A DNA stretch of 64,000 nt from Chitinophagaceae bacterium. Lineage in GTDB: Bacteria; Bacteroidota; Bacteroidia; Chitinophagales; Chitinophagaceae. Below, one piece after another: positions 17,926 to 27,380 of this stretch. Under the pieces are notes generated by a model. It had not been told where the DNA came from, did no database searches, and saw only the letters and a list, made by a program, of their open reading frames with translations. Numbering within the stretch: the stretch's first letter is position 1; every line of letters begins with the position of its first letter. Position numbers and translations under genes: made by a program. Where the stretch lies: the NCBI GenBank assembly GCA_031414035.1, contig JANOGE010000133.1:15216-79215 (forward strand), read 5' to 3'.

Positions 17926-17977
17926 TTCTTCCCTTATTTAATTTGGAATTTGAAATTAGAAAATTGAAATTTGTTCT

Positions 17978-18871
17978 ATGTGGCAGCAACAGTTAGATGA
18001 AATCAAAAAGGGCAACAGCAAAACGATGGCCCGTTGTATTTCCTTTATTGAAAATGAAGTAACCGGGTACGAAGACCTGTTACAGCAACTGCCGGCTTCC
18101 CATACACCCATTATAGGTATTACCGGCCCGCCGGGTGCCGGAAAAAGTACGTTGGTGGATGCATTAATTGGTTTACTGGTAAAGGAAGGAAAATGGGTAG
18201 CGGTATTATGTATTGATCCATCTTCTCCGTTCAATTTAGGTGCCCTGCTTGGCGACCGGATAAGGATGAGTGATTGGTATAATGATCCGAAAGTATTTAT
18301 ACGTTCATTAGCTACCCGTGGTTCATTAGGTGGTTTGCATCCCAAGATCATTGAGATAAGCGATCTGATAAAAACGGCGCCCTTTGATTACATCATTATT
18401 GAAACCGTAGGTGTAGGCCAGAGTGAAATTGAGATTGCCGGGCTTGCTGATACTACTGTGGTGGTGGTGGTACCTGAAGCCGGTGATGAAGTGCAGACCA
18501 TGAAAGCCGGGCTGATGGAAATAGCTGATGTATTTGTTGTAAATAAAGCCGACCGGCCCGGTGCTGATTTGTTTGTAAAGAACTTAAGGTTAATGCTGGC
18601 ACCCGCATTTAATAATAAAACCATTCCTGTACCGGTAATTAAAACCATTGCCGCTCAAAAAAAAGGGATGGATGACCTGTTAAAAACAATAAGAGATTCT
18701 TTTGATCATAAAAAGGATAAAGAAAAACGATACTGGCTGTTGGCAGAAAAAGCCTATTATCTTATTCAGCAGAAAAAAATGAAAGACATTAATAAAGAAG
18801 ACCTGAAAACCGGTATTAAAAATGCAGGTGATGATTTTAATATGTACCGGTTCATCAAAAACTACCGGTAA
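17978..18871 (+). CDS. meaB: MeaB/ArgK-type G3E family GTPase
   Basis: 297 aa. It has the P-loop GITGPPGAGKSTL, ETVGVGQSE and VVNKADR motifs. Confidence 0.8.
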   Translation: MWQQQLDEIKKGNSKTMARCISFIENEVTGYEDLLQQLPASHTPIIGITGPPGAGKSTLVDALIGLLVKEGKWVAVLCIDPSSPFNLGALLGDRIRMSDWYNDPKVFIRSLATRGSLGGLHPKIIEISDLIKTAPFDYIIIETVGVGQSEIEIAGLADTTVVVVVPEAGDEVQTMKAGLMEIADVFVVNKADRPGADLFVKNLRLMLAPAFNNKTIPVPVIKTIAAQKKGMDDLLKTIRDSFDHKKDKEKRYWLLAEKAYYLIQQKKMKDINKEDLKTGIKNAGDDFNMYRFIKNYR

Positions 18872-18873
18872 AG

Positions 18874-19749
18874 ATGAAGATATTTGACTGCTTTACTTTT
18901 TTTAATGAGCTGGACCTGTTAGAATTTCGCCTGAAATTTCTGAATGATTATGTTGACCGTTTTGTAATTGCTGAATCAAACCTCACGTTCAACGGAAAGC
19001 CCAAACCCTATTATTATAAAGAAGCTAAAGAAAGATTTAAGGAATGGGAACACAAAATTATTCACATTCTTGTGAAGCAAAATACAGCAGGGCTGATATT
19101 TGAAAATGACAATAGTTATAACCCGGTCAGCGCTGCATGGAAACTGGAAAATGAACAACGCAATGCCTTAATACAGGCAAGTAACCAAATGGATGACAGT
19201 GACCTGGTTATTGTCAGTGATCTTGATGAAATTCCCGATCCTGAAGTTTTAAAAGAAATAAACCTTGCAGCACTTCCTGTAGCTTTTTCATTATTGTTTC
19301 ATTATTATTACCTGAATTGCCAGAATACAGGTGAAAACAGCAGATGGTGGAATGGCTGTATTGCCGCTACAGGCAGGCAATTTAAAGACATCACACCACA
19401 GGGCCTGCGGAACAACCGTGATATATATCCTGCTATTGGATCAGGTGGCTGGCATTTTTCATTTTTAGGCGGACCCGAAAAAATAAGCCACAAGATCAAA
19501 TCATTTGCACATACAGAATATAACAAAGAAGAATTTTTTGACGAAAAACATATTTCGGATTCTATTTTTAAAGGGGCTGATATACTTAAAAGAAAAGGTG
19601 TAGTTTTTAAATTTATGCCGCTGAGTTATTACCCCCGCCGACTGCAGAAATTCATGAAAATGTATCCCGGGCTTCTACATCTGAAAAAAAACAACTTTTT
19701 TAACGATTTATTTTTTTTCGTCCGCAGAATGATAAAAGGGAAAATTTAA
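18874..19749 (+). CDS. Glycosyltransferase family 17-like (GnT-III-like)
   Basis: 291 aa. The N-terminus MKIFDCFTFFNELDLLEFRLKFL...DRFVIAES is the GT17 signature. SDLDEIP is also present. Confidence 0.7.
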   Translation: MKIFDCFTFFNELDLLEFRLKFLNDYVDRFVIAESNLTFNGKPKPYYYKEAKERFKEWEHKIIHILVKQNTAGLIFENDNSYNPVSAAWKLENEQRNALIQASNQMDDSDLVIVSDLDEIPDPEVLKEINLAALPVAFSLLFHYYYLNCQNTGENSRWWNGCIAATGRQFKDITPQGLRNNRDIYPAIGSGGWHFSFLGGPEKISHKIKSFAHTEYNKEEFFDEKHISDSIFKGADILKRKGVVFKFMPLSYYPRRLQKFMKMYPGLLHLKKNNFFNDLFFFVRRMIKGKI

Positions 19750-19751
19750 CC

Positions 19752-20693
19752 ATGCCATTACATTTTAATACAACCCCATTGGTTTCTGTTGTGATGTGCA
19801 CATTTAACGGGGAGGCGTATTTATCTCAACAGCTGGAATCAATTATACATCAGACCTATTTAAACCTGGAGATTGTTATTGCAGATGATGGATCAACCGA
19901 TAAAACGATTCAGATTATTACCGGATTTCAGCTAAAAGATACCCGTATTAAATTTTTCCGGAATGATAAAAACCTTGGCTATAATAAAAATTTTGAAAAT
20001 GGATTCTTTTTGTGCCAGGGTGAGTATATCGCTATCAGCGACCAGGATGATATATGGGAATTAAATAAAATTGAATACATGATGAAATGTTGGCCCGGGG
20101 GATCATCTTTTATTTATTCCCTATCCGGCCATTTTACAGGCAATGATTTTGAGGGCAGAACTGCCGCTCCAAAAGTTTTGTATACCGATATTACAGATGT
20201 TCACAAACTGGTTTTTAACAGTCCGGTGCATGGCCATGCCTGCATGTTTAAAAAAGAATTAATGGCTTTATGTACGCCACTGCCTGATGATATTTTTTAC
20301 GACTGGTGGATCAGCATGCACGCCGCTGCTGCCGGTACAATAGGTTGTATACCGAAAACACTTACCTGGCATAGGGTACATGAAAGCAACAGTTCCAGAA
20401 ACATTATTTCCCTTAAAGATAAAGATGAAAGAAACCGGCAACTCAGGGAGCAATGCATATATTTTATTGAAACGTTCTGCAGCAGGTGTAAGCTAAACCT
20501 GGAACAGGAACAATCATTGCTTATGTATGCCTCGTTGTTAAGAGAAGTTGACGGTAAAAAATTTTCCTGGCCCCTGTTCCGTTATGTATTTAAGAACAGA
20601 AAAATTGTTTTTCATTATAAAAAACATAATCCATTGATCATTTTTTCCTATTTAAAGCATGCCCTTAAAATGGCGTATAAAGGCCTGCTTTGA
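19752..20693 (+). CDS. Glycosyltransferase family 2
   Basis: 313 aa. VSVVMCTFNGEAYLSQQLESI, ADDGSTDKT and ISDQDDIW motifs are present. Confidence 0.85.
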   Translation: MPLHFNTTPLVSVVMCTFNGEAYLSQQLESIIHQTYLNLEIVIADDGSTDKTIQIITGFQLKDTRIKFFRNDKNLGYNKNFENGFFLCQGEYIAISDQDDIWELNKIEYMMKCWPGGSSFIYSLSGHFTGNDFEGRTAAPKVLYTDITDVHKLVFNSPVHGHACMFKKELMALCTPLPDDIFYDWWISMHAAAAGTIGCIPKTLTWHRVHESNSSRNIISLKDKDERNRQLREQCIYFIETFCSRCKLNLEQEQSLLMYASLLREVDGKKFSWPLFRYVFKNRKIVFHYKKHNPLIIFSYLKHALKMAYKGLL

Positions 20694-20721
20694 AATTCTA
20701 TGTTTTTGAGGATATTGTTTA

Positions 20722-20961
20722 TTATTCCCCCTTTTCCTGTGCTTCCATTTTTTTATTGCTTTTCCACCACCGGAATCCGATAAAACCTACAATAGCAAAA
20801 GGCATCATCATTAAATAAAGAATGGCGGTGTTCATTCCCTGTGCCGGTTTTTCGCCCAGTTGCATAGCTGTTTTAGAACAAACAGAACATTGTGCAGATG
20901 CCGGCATTGCAAATACCGTTATAAAAACAATAATAAGTAATATGCTGAAAAAATATTTCAT
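20722..20961 (-). CDS. Small membrane protein, function unknown
   Basis: 79 aa. It has the signal peptide MKYFFSILLIIVFITVFAMPASAQ, a CSVC motif, a C-terminal TM helix and a charged tail. Confidence 0.5.
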   Translation of the reverse strand: MKYFFSILLIIVFITVFAMPASAQCSVCSKTAMQLGEKPAQGMNTAILYLMMMPFAIVGFIGFRWWKSNKKMEAQEKGE

Positions 20962-21079
20962 CCCCCTGCAAAGTTAAGGCAGCGGCAGTTACCTGAATCA
21001 AATGTTTAACAGAAAATAATGAACTATTTTGCAGCAGAAAATAACGTTTTTTTTAAATTTACATGAAATAAACAGAACT

Positions 21080-21805
21080 ATGTTGAAACGATTTTTACCG
21101 ATCCCGGCCTTTTTACTATCCTGCTCCGTTCTTTTTGCCCAACCCGGCAATAACGCGGCTGAATTTTTTAAACAGGGAATAGACTATAAAAATAAAAATA
21201 TGTTACCGGAAGCAATGGTTGCTTTTAAAAAAGCCATAAAACTGAATAAGAATTATGATTCGGCCTACATAGAAATAGCGATTATAAATGTAAAGACAGA
21301 TAAAATTGACAGTGCCATATTCAATGTAAAAAAAGCCATCACTATCAACCCAAAGATGGCTTGGGCCCATACCACACTTGGAACCATTTACAGGGATTCA
21401 AAACCAAATTATGATTCGGCCCTTTTATGTTACATGGCCGCTGTTAACATAGACAGCACAAACAAAGTAATTTATTACAGTATAGCATGGTGTTATAATA
21501 CTAAAAAGGATTATAAAAATGCCATCCGGTTTGCAGTAAAAGCGCTGGATTTGGACAATACATACAGGCCTGCCTATGCTGAGCTGGGTCATGCATACAA
21601 TGCCTCTAAAAAATATACCGAGGCCATTGAGCAATTTAAAAAAAATATTGCCGTTTCAATTGTTGATCTTCCCATTTATTATTCAGGTTTATGCTATACA
21701 CAATTAAATGATAAAGAAGCGGCATTGAAGCAATATAAAGAATTAAAAAAGCTCAATGAGAAGATGGCCGGGAGACTTTTGAAAGCCATTGACAACATGA
21801 AATAG
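21080..21805 (+). CDS. Tetratricopeptide repeat protein (secreted/periplasmic)
   Basis: The ORF starts at 21029, with a likely start at ATG 21080 (MLKRFLPIPAFLLSCSVLFAQ). TPR-like A..F.KAI.L.P.Y..AY units recur. Confidence 0.75.
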   Translation: MLKRFLPIPAFLLSCSVLFAQPGNNAAEFFKQGIDYKNKNMLPEAMVAFKKAIKLNKNYDSAYIEIAIINVKTDKIDSAIFNVKKAITINPKMAWAHTTLGTIYRDSKPNYDSALLCYMAAVNIDSTNKVIYYSIAWCYNTKKDYKNAIRFAVKALDLDNTYRPAYAELGHAYNASKKYTEAIEQFKKNIAVSIVDLPIYYSGLCYTQLNDKEAALKQYKELKKLNEKMAGRLLKAIDNMK

Positions 21806-21935
21806 CAGGTTTTTTATGTACCGGTCAAACGTCAGCGGGCTTACCGGCATTGCCTGAAATAAATATAAAATAATACCCATTGGCGGGTATTGTAAAATAA
21901 GAACCCAATCGTTAATTTGTTTAAAATATCCGGCT

Positions 21936-23063
21936 ATGGGCAGACATTTATTAATTTTCACATTTTCTTTACTGATAACCCTCTTTACTACAGCACAGAC
22001 CGCTGTTCAGTATTATAATGAAGGTATTAAATTACAGGACCAGAAAAAATATACCGAAGCCGTAGTGTCTTTTAAAAAAGCCATTATACTGAATGAAAAA
22101 TATAAAGAAGCATTATATAGCGCCGGATGGTGCAACATAGAATTAAAAAAATATTATGAAGCTCTCTCCTATCTGCAAAAAGCCAGAACCCTTTGGCCAA
22201 ATGAGCCAAAAGTTTATCTTGAAATTGGATATGCCAATGAAAAACTGTCTAAAAAAACAGAGGCGAAAGAGAATTATGATAAATGCATATCCCTGAAAAG
22301 TGATTTTGCCCTTGCCTATAAATACCTTGCTTATTTGTACTATGATGAAAAGAATTATAAGAAAGCCCTGGAAAACTTCGAATCGTACATCCTTTACGAG
22401 CCCGATAACAAAATTGAGGAAGTTTACTTCAGGAAGGGATTTTCTGAAAATGAACTGGGTAAATACAATGAAGCCATTGTCTCTCTTAATATAGCAACTA
22501 AATTAAATGCTGATGATGCAGGTACGTATAATGAATTGGGTTACGCTTTTACCAAACTTGAAAATGCAGATGATGCCATAAAAAATTATACCCGGGCCCT
22601 GGAAATTAATCCGAAATCCATGGCAGGAAATAACGGCATGGCAGAAGTTTACAAAGACCTTAAAAAGAAACCAGCTGATGCGGTAAAATATTATTTAAAG
22701 ACGATCAGTTTAGAACCTAACAATAAAAAGGCAAATTACTGGACGGGCTGGTGTTATAATGAACTGGAGCGGTATAATGATGCCGTCCCTTACCTGAAAA
22801 AAGCCATTGAAATAGATGGTAAATACGTAAATGCCATTACTGAACTGGGTTACAGTGATTATGCCTTAGAGAATTATGACGATGCCCTTGCACAGTTCAG
22901 GAAAGCCATTACGATAGATAAAACCGAACTTTCTGTTTATTATTCCGGGCTATGCTACGTAGGAATGAACCAAAAAAGTGACGCTTTAAAAATGTATAAT
23001 GACCTGAAAACAATGAATTCAGACTATGCCGATAAACTAAAGAAAAAGATCGACAACATGTAA
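21936..23063 (+). CDS. Tetratricopeptide repeat protein (secreted/periplasmic)
   Basis: 375 aa with an N-terminal signal and about 9 TPR-like units. It looks like a paralogue of the preceding gene. Confidence 0.75.
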   Translation: MGRHLLIFTFSLLITLFTTAQTAVQYYNEGIKLQDQKKYTEAVVSFKKAIILNEKYKEALYSAGWCNIELKKYYEALSYLQKARTLWPNEPKVYLEIGYANEKLSKKTEAKENYDKCISLKSDFALAYKYLAYLYYDEKNYKKALENFESYILYEPDNKIEEVYFRKGFSENELGKYNEAIVSLNIATKLNADDAGTYNELGYAFTKLENADDAIKNYTRALEINPKSMAGNNGMAEVYKDLKKKPADAVKYYLKTISLEPNNKKANYWTGWCYNELERYNDAVPYLKKAIEIDGKYVNAITELGYSDYALENYDDALAQFRKAITIDKTELSVYYSGLCYVGMNQKSDALKMYNDLKTMNSDYADKLKKKIDNM

Positions 23064-23846
23064 TTAAATGGGCTGATCTTTTACTTCCGATATAACGGCT
23101 GCATTGTGAAATATTTCCTGGTCAAAAAAATGGGGAATGCATATAAAGGCATTAAGTTCATCTTTCAAAATTGTTGCGCTTAATAAATCATCTGCCCTGT
23201 ACACTACCGGTATTTGTGCTGCCCGTAATTTTTTAGCCCCTTCAATGGTAACAGCATAAGCATGTGTACAGTCATGAAAGCCTGCTTTTTTTAAATGAGT
23301 GCTGAACGGTTTAGGCAAAAGATGACTGACCATTTTATAACTCCATTTCATTAATCCTGCTGCACTTAGTAATTTGTAAAACAACTGCTTTGCCTTAAGG
23401 CCTGCAGTACTATTTTCATTTTTTAAGTACCCGAGATAAACCAGTTCCCAATCTTCCGGCAGCTCCTTTAAAGCACCTGGCAATACATTCATATTTTCAA
23501 GAATAGGCAATACATCATCTTCCAGTATTAATATCTTTTTCCAGTTATGTTTTATCATTTCTTCATAAATCATCCGGTGTGAGATGGAACAGGCAATCTC
23601 TCCTAAATTAAGGGCCTTACCCTGCCGTTGAAGTTGTTTGGCTCTTTCTTCATTGTATGTGCCATCCTGCTTTACTCTTTCCATATCCAAATGCAGTTTA
23701 TCTGCGCCCCAGAAAAAGTCAAAATTAAGGCCCTGAAGATTTTCTGTTATTTTTTTATGCCTTTCTGTAAAACGCTGCACACTAACTACAACTATTTTAT
23801 CAAAATATTCGTGCAGAATTTTTATAGCAACTGGAGGTATGGGCAA
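23064..23846 (-). CDS. Glycosyltransferase family 25 (LPS/LOS biosynthesis type)
   Basis: 260 aa. GEIACSISHRMIYEEM and ILEDDV motifs are characteristic of GT25. Confidence 0.75.
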   Translation of the reverse strand: MPIPPVAIKILHEYFDKIVVVSVQRFTERHKKITENLQGLNFDFFWGADKLHLDMERVKQDGTYNEERAKQLQRQGKALNLGEIACSISHRMIYEEMIKHNWKKILILEDDVLPILENMNVLPGALKELPEDWELVYLGYLKNENSTAGLKAKQLFYKLLSAAGLMKWSYKMVSHLLPKPFSTHLKKAGFHDCTHAYAVTIEGAKKLRAAQIPVVYRADDLLSATILKDELNAFICIPHFFDQEIFHNAAVISEVKDQPI

Positions 23847-23856
23847 TATTAAAAAT

Positions 23857-24990
23857 TTAGTTATTTAAGATGTGTTTTGCAATATTATCAAACATTTTTC
23901 CCCAGGTATCCCAGTTCAATTCCTTTTCATATTTTTTTCTGCTGTTGATGCTGAGCTGCTGAAGGGCTTTATCATCACTGAATAACTGTTCAATTTTATC
24001 AGCATATGCCGCAGCCGTTGCCACTAAAGGCAATGCAAATCCATTTACCCCATCTTCTACATAAGTACTTACCCCTCCTGTATTGGTTGTAATGGAAGGA
24101 ACGCCATAAGCGCTTGCTTCACAAAAAACAACCCCTGCACATTCGGCCCTTGTTGGTAAAAGTAAAAAATCGCTGTTACGGATGATATGATAAAGTTTTG
24201 AGGCCTGCTCTTCATTATGTTTATTAATTATAGGAAAAACAGTAATGTCCCTGTCATTAATGGCTACCGGTGGTATGCACCCAATAATGGTCAAATGGAC
24301 CGGCATCGTATTTTTTTTCAGTGTATAAAAAGTATCCAGTGCAATTTGTCCGCCCTTTCTTTCCCACTCCACTCCAATGAACAGCAGCCGGCAGGTTTTA
24401 TTTTTTTCTTTTTTTAATTTATCCAGTGAAGGTATATCGTCCAGGTTAGCTCCAAGAGGAGCAACCGTAATTTTATCGGATGGTATATGATAATCATTGA
24501 TAGCCGACCACCTGGTCCATTCAGAGGCTACCATGCAATGTGTGGCATTTTCAAAAGAAAGTTTGTCCAATGCAATTCCCTGGTTGATATTATATGGGGA
24601 AATGTCTTTAAAAAGCGGATAGTATCCCTGTAACTGAAAAAAGGTTGCATCAGTCATATAAATTATTGGAACAGAAGTTTTGCAATAGGCTATCAGTTGT
24701 GGGGCAGAAGGAACAAACAATAGGTCAACTTTTCTTTTTAGCAACTCTTTTTCAAGTTGGTTGCTAAAGTATTTTGCATACCCTGTTAGAAATTCTATGG
24801 CCGCCTTTTTATGAACCAGCCTTTGAAATTGTTTATGAAGGATCAGGCTTTCTCTTACATGCCAGGGCCATTTGTAATAAAAGGTTTCTACCTGATAATA
24901 TTTTTTTATAGCCTGTAAGGAATGAAAATATGTGCCCGACCAGGCGGCCTTATCCAACGGGTCCCATCTTCCGGCAAATCCAACTTTCAT
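23857..24990 (-). CDS. Glycosyltransferase family 4 (GT-B fold)
   Basis: 377 aa. The C-terminal half PTRAECAGVVFCEASAYGVPSITTNTGG matches the E-x7-E type GT4 motif region. Confidence 0.75.
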   Translation of the reverse strand: MKVGFAGRWDPLDKAAWSGTYFHSLQAIKKYYQVETFYYKWPWHVRESLILHKQFQRLVHKKAAIEFLTGYAKYFSNQLEKELLKRKVDLLFVPSAPQLIAYCKTSVPIIYMTDATFFQLQGYYPLFKDISPYNINQGIALDKLSFENATHCMVASEWTRWSAINDYHIPSDKITVAPLGANLDDIPSLDKLKKEKNKTCRLLFIGVEWERKGGQIALDTFYTLKKNTMPVHLTIIGCIPPVAINDRDITVFPIINKHNEEQASKLYHIIRNSDFLLLPTRAECAGVVFCEASAYGVPSITTNTGGVSTYVEDGVNGFALPLVATAAAYADKIEQLFSDDKALQQLSINSRKKYEKELNWDTWGKMFDNIAKHILNN

Positions 24991-25006
24991 GGCTGCTGTT
25001 ATTTAT

Positions 25007-25840
25007 TTACAAAAATCTTCTGGCAATAATATTATAGGTACTGTCCTTTTTAAATATTTCATTTACTGTTAACCGGCTTAAATAATTTTTCCACGAAAAA
25101 GATTCCCATAAGTGATGAACATAAGCAGCTGGAAAAAGAGTCACTTTTTCAAACATTGATTCAAGGCCCGGTTTATTATACAAGGGATAATGAAAAGCAT
25201 AAGGCCCCTGTAAAGTTACTAAACCAGGATGGGCTGCTGCCAATTTTATTGGAACATAAACGGAATGCTCATTCCAGTATTTATCTCTTCCTATTGACCT
25301 GAAGGAGCTATACGAATCAAGCCATAAATTTACAAATGCACTGTCTTTTTCGGCAAGCAATACAGCATTGCACAGTCCGTTTATTTTACTTTGTTCTTTT
25401 CCAAAAAAAAATGTTCTTACGGCAAATTTTATTTTTTGACGCCTGTTTTTAGGGATGTACCCGGGCCTTAGTTCCTGTCCAATAACAAAGGAATGATTAA
25501 ATAATTCCCTGAGTGGCTTTACACAAATCGTATCCAGGTCAAGATAAACCCCACCCGATTCTTTTAATGCCCGCAACCTCACCACATCAGCCTTGTGTGC
25601 TACATGGCACAATGGCCTGCCCAAAATAGTTTCAGGGGCTTTTATTTTATTAAGGGTAAGCAATGGCTTTGCCTTTTCCCACCAATTTCCTGCCGGCTCA
25701 AATTCATAATGAAAAAATACAGTATCCGGTTTGTTGACCTCTATAGCCGATTTTATGGCAAGATAATGTGACAGGGAAAACGGCCTGCCGTCAAAATTGG
25801 CCGCCATACCAAACACAAAATGAAAAATATTAGGGATCAC
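25007..25840 (-). CDS. Glycosyltransferase, GT32-like (DXD sugar transferase)
   Basis: 277 aa. IPNIFHFVF, KADVVRLRALKESGGVYLDLDT is the Gly_transf_sug/GT32 signature. Confidence 0.7.
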   Translation of the reverse strand: MIPNIFHFVFGMAANFDGRPFSLSHYLAIKSAIEVNKPDTVFFHYEFEPAGNWWEKAKPLLTLNKIKAPETILGRPLCHVAHKADVVRLRALKESGGVYLDLDTICVKPLRELFNHSFVIGQELRPGYIPKNRRQKIKFAVRTFFFGKEQSKINGLCNAVLLAEKDSAFVNLWLDSYSSFRSIGRDKYWNEHSVYVPIKLAAAHPGLVTLQGPYAFHYPLYNKPGLESMFEKVTLFPAAYVHHLWESFSWKNYLSRLTVNEIFKKDSTYNIIARRFL

Positions 25841-25913
25841 TATTTAATTAAATAATAAAGTAATAAACGGGAATGAAACAATGATACATTTTCGGTCAAC
25901 CATTCTGATTTCT

Positions 25914-26819
25914 CTAATAATTAGGCTTAAAAAACATTTTAAAACAATATAACAGTTTCCTTGATTTTGACTTCTTTTTTATTACCAGTATTGTATCAAA
26001 ATGTTTAAAAAAGAACCGGCTTCGTTTTACTCTCCAGCCTTTATGAAAATATTTAATCATTTCATTTAAAATATTTTTGGTTTCAATATTTGAAATAGGT
26101 GCCGCCTGCAGCATTTTTAATTCTGCCAGTTTCTGTACAAACAAATCAGACTTTTTGCTGCTTTTTTTATTTTTTATTTTACCGGTACCTATGGCATTAT
26201 TAGCATGCTGTCTGTATTTTACCAAAACCTCATCAACATATTTTATCCCGTTGTTGGAGGCTGCACAAAAACTAAGCCACCTGTCAAAAAGCATGTTATC
26301 CGGAAACGGTAAAACAGAAAAAGCAAATTTTGAAGATAACAGCATGGCATGGCCAGGCACACAATTTCCCATTAAAAATGGAGCCCCGGAGTAATAGGAT
26401 TTTAAATTCATCAATTGACTGAATTTTATTCCCATTGAATTGGCTTTTTCATTTACGAGTAATGAATTGGCGTAAATGGCATCGGCAGTACCAATATTAT
26501 TATATAATGTCTCAATTTTATTTTGCGCCCAGATATCATCCTGATCAGATAAAGCAATGTATTCGCCTTTGCAATTCTTAATGGAATTTTCAAATGTTTT
26601 TGTTACACCCCGGTTATTACTATTTATGAAAATAGTAAAAAAGGGAAAAGCGTCCCGGTATCTTTGCAAAATAGAAACCGTGTCATCAGAGGAACCATCA
26701 TCGGTAATTACTATTTCTATATTGCGGTAGGTTTGTGAAATAATACTTTCCAGCTGTGCCTCAAGAAAAAGATGGCCATTATAAGTAGCCATGGCAATGG
26801 AGATAAGAGGTGGTTTCAT
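25914..26819 (-). CDS. Glycosyltransferase family 2
   Basis: The ORF runs to 26924, with a likely start at ATG 26819 (MKPPLISIAMATYNGHLFLEAQLESI). TDDGSSDDT and LSDQDDIW motifs are present. Confidence 0.85.
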   Translation of the reverse strand: MKPPLISIAMATYNGHLFLEAQLESIISQTYRNIEIVITDDGSSDDTVSILQRYRDAFPFFTIFINSNNRGVTKTFENSIKNCKGEYIALSDQDDIWAQNKIETLYNNIGTADAIYANSLLVNEKANSMGIKFSQLMNLKSYYSGAPFLMGNCVPGHAMLLSSKFAFSVLPFPDNMLFDRWLSFCAASNNGIKYVDEVLVKYRQHANNAIGTGKIKNKKSSKKSDLFVQKLAELKMLQAAPISNIETKNILNEMIKYFHKGWRVKRSRFFFKHFDTILVIKKKSKSRKLLYCFKMFFKPNY

Positions 26820-27380
26820 AAAGAAAAAAGAATAAAAGTGAATTGGGTTAGCTGTTTCAACGATAAGATTTATTATTGCCCAAGCCCTGTTTTGGATGAA
26901 AAGATTGCTTTTATATAAAGTCAAAACGTATTTTTCTCTACTAATTCCATCGCCTCATTAAGTCCTGGTATTATTACATTAAATAAAGTTAAGGTATTCT
27001 ATAAAACTTTTATGGCTATTCATACAATCGCTCCGGATAAAAGACCCTGAATCAAATTCCTGCCTGCTGAATGTATGTTCCATGAAATACAGCAAAAATG
27101 GGTTCAGTTATTTTCTGAAAGCACTTATAAATATCACTGAAAAACGAATATTCACCTTTAGTATTACCATGGCAGCATAAGTGCAGGAAACTAGTATGGT
27201 ATTCAAAAAAAAATGCCGGTGCCGGTGGTATATATTCGTTAAAGATCAAAGCGTGGTTTTGATATCATTCATCCCTTCTTTTTGTTACTCAACAGCTAAA
27301 AGTTATATTAATAATCAATTAAACAACTTAAATTCGCTTTGCTGATTTTTTACAGATCATTTTATTACCCATACTTTAAT

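Noticed and set aside
21806-21935. Hairpin AATACCC-attggc-GGGTATT between the two TPR genes as a terminator
   Set aside because: The stem is short (7 bp) and has no clear T-run. The evidence is too weak to report as a feature.
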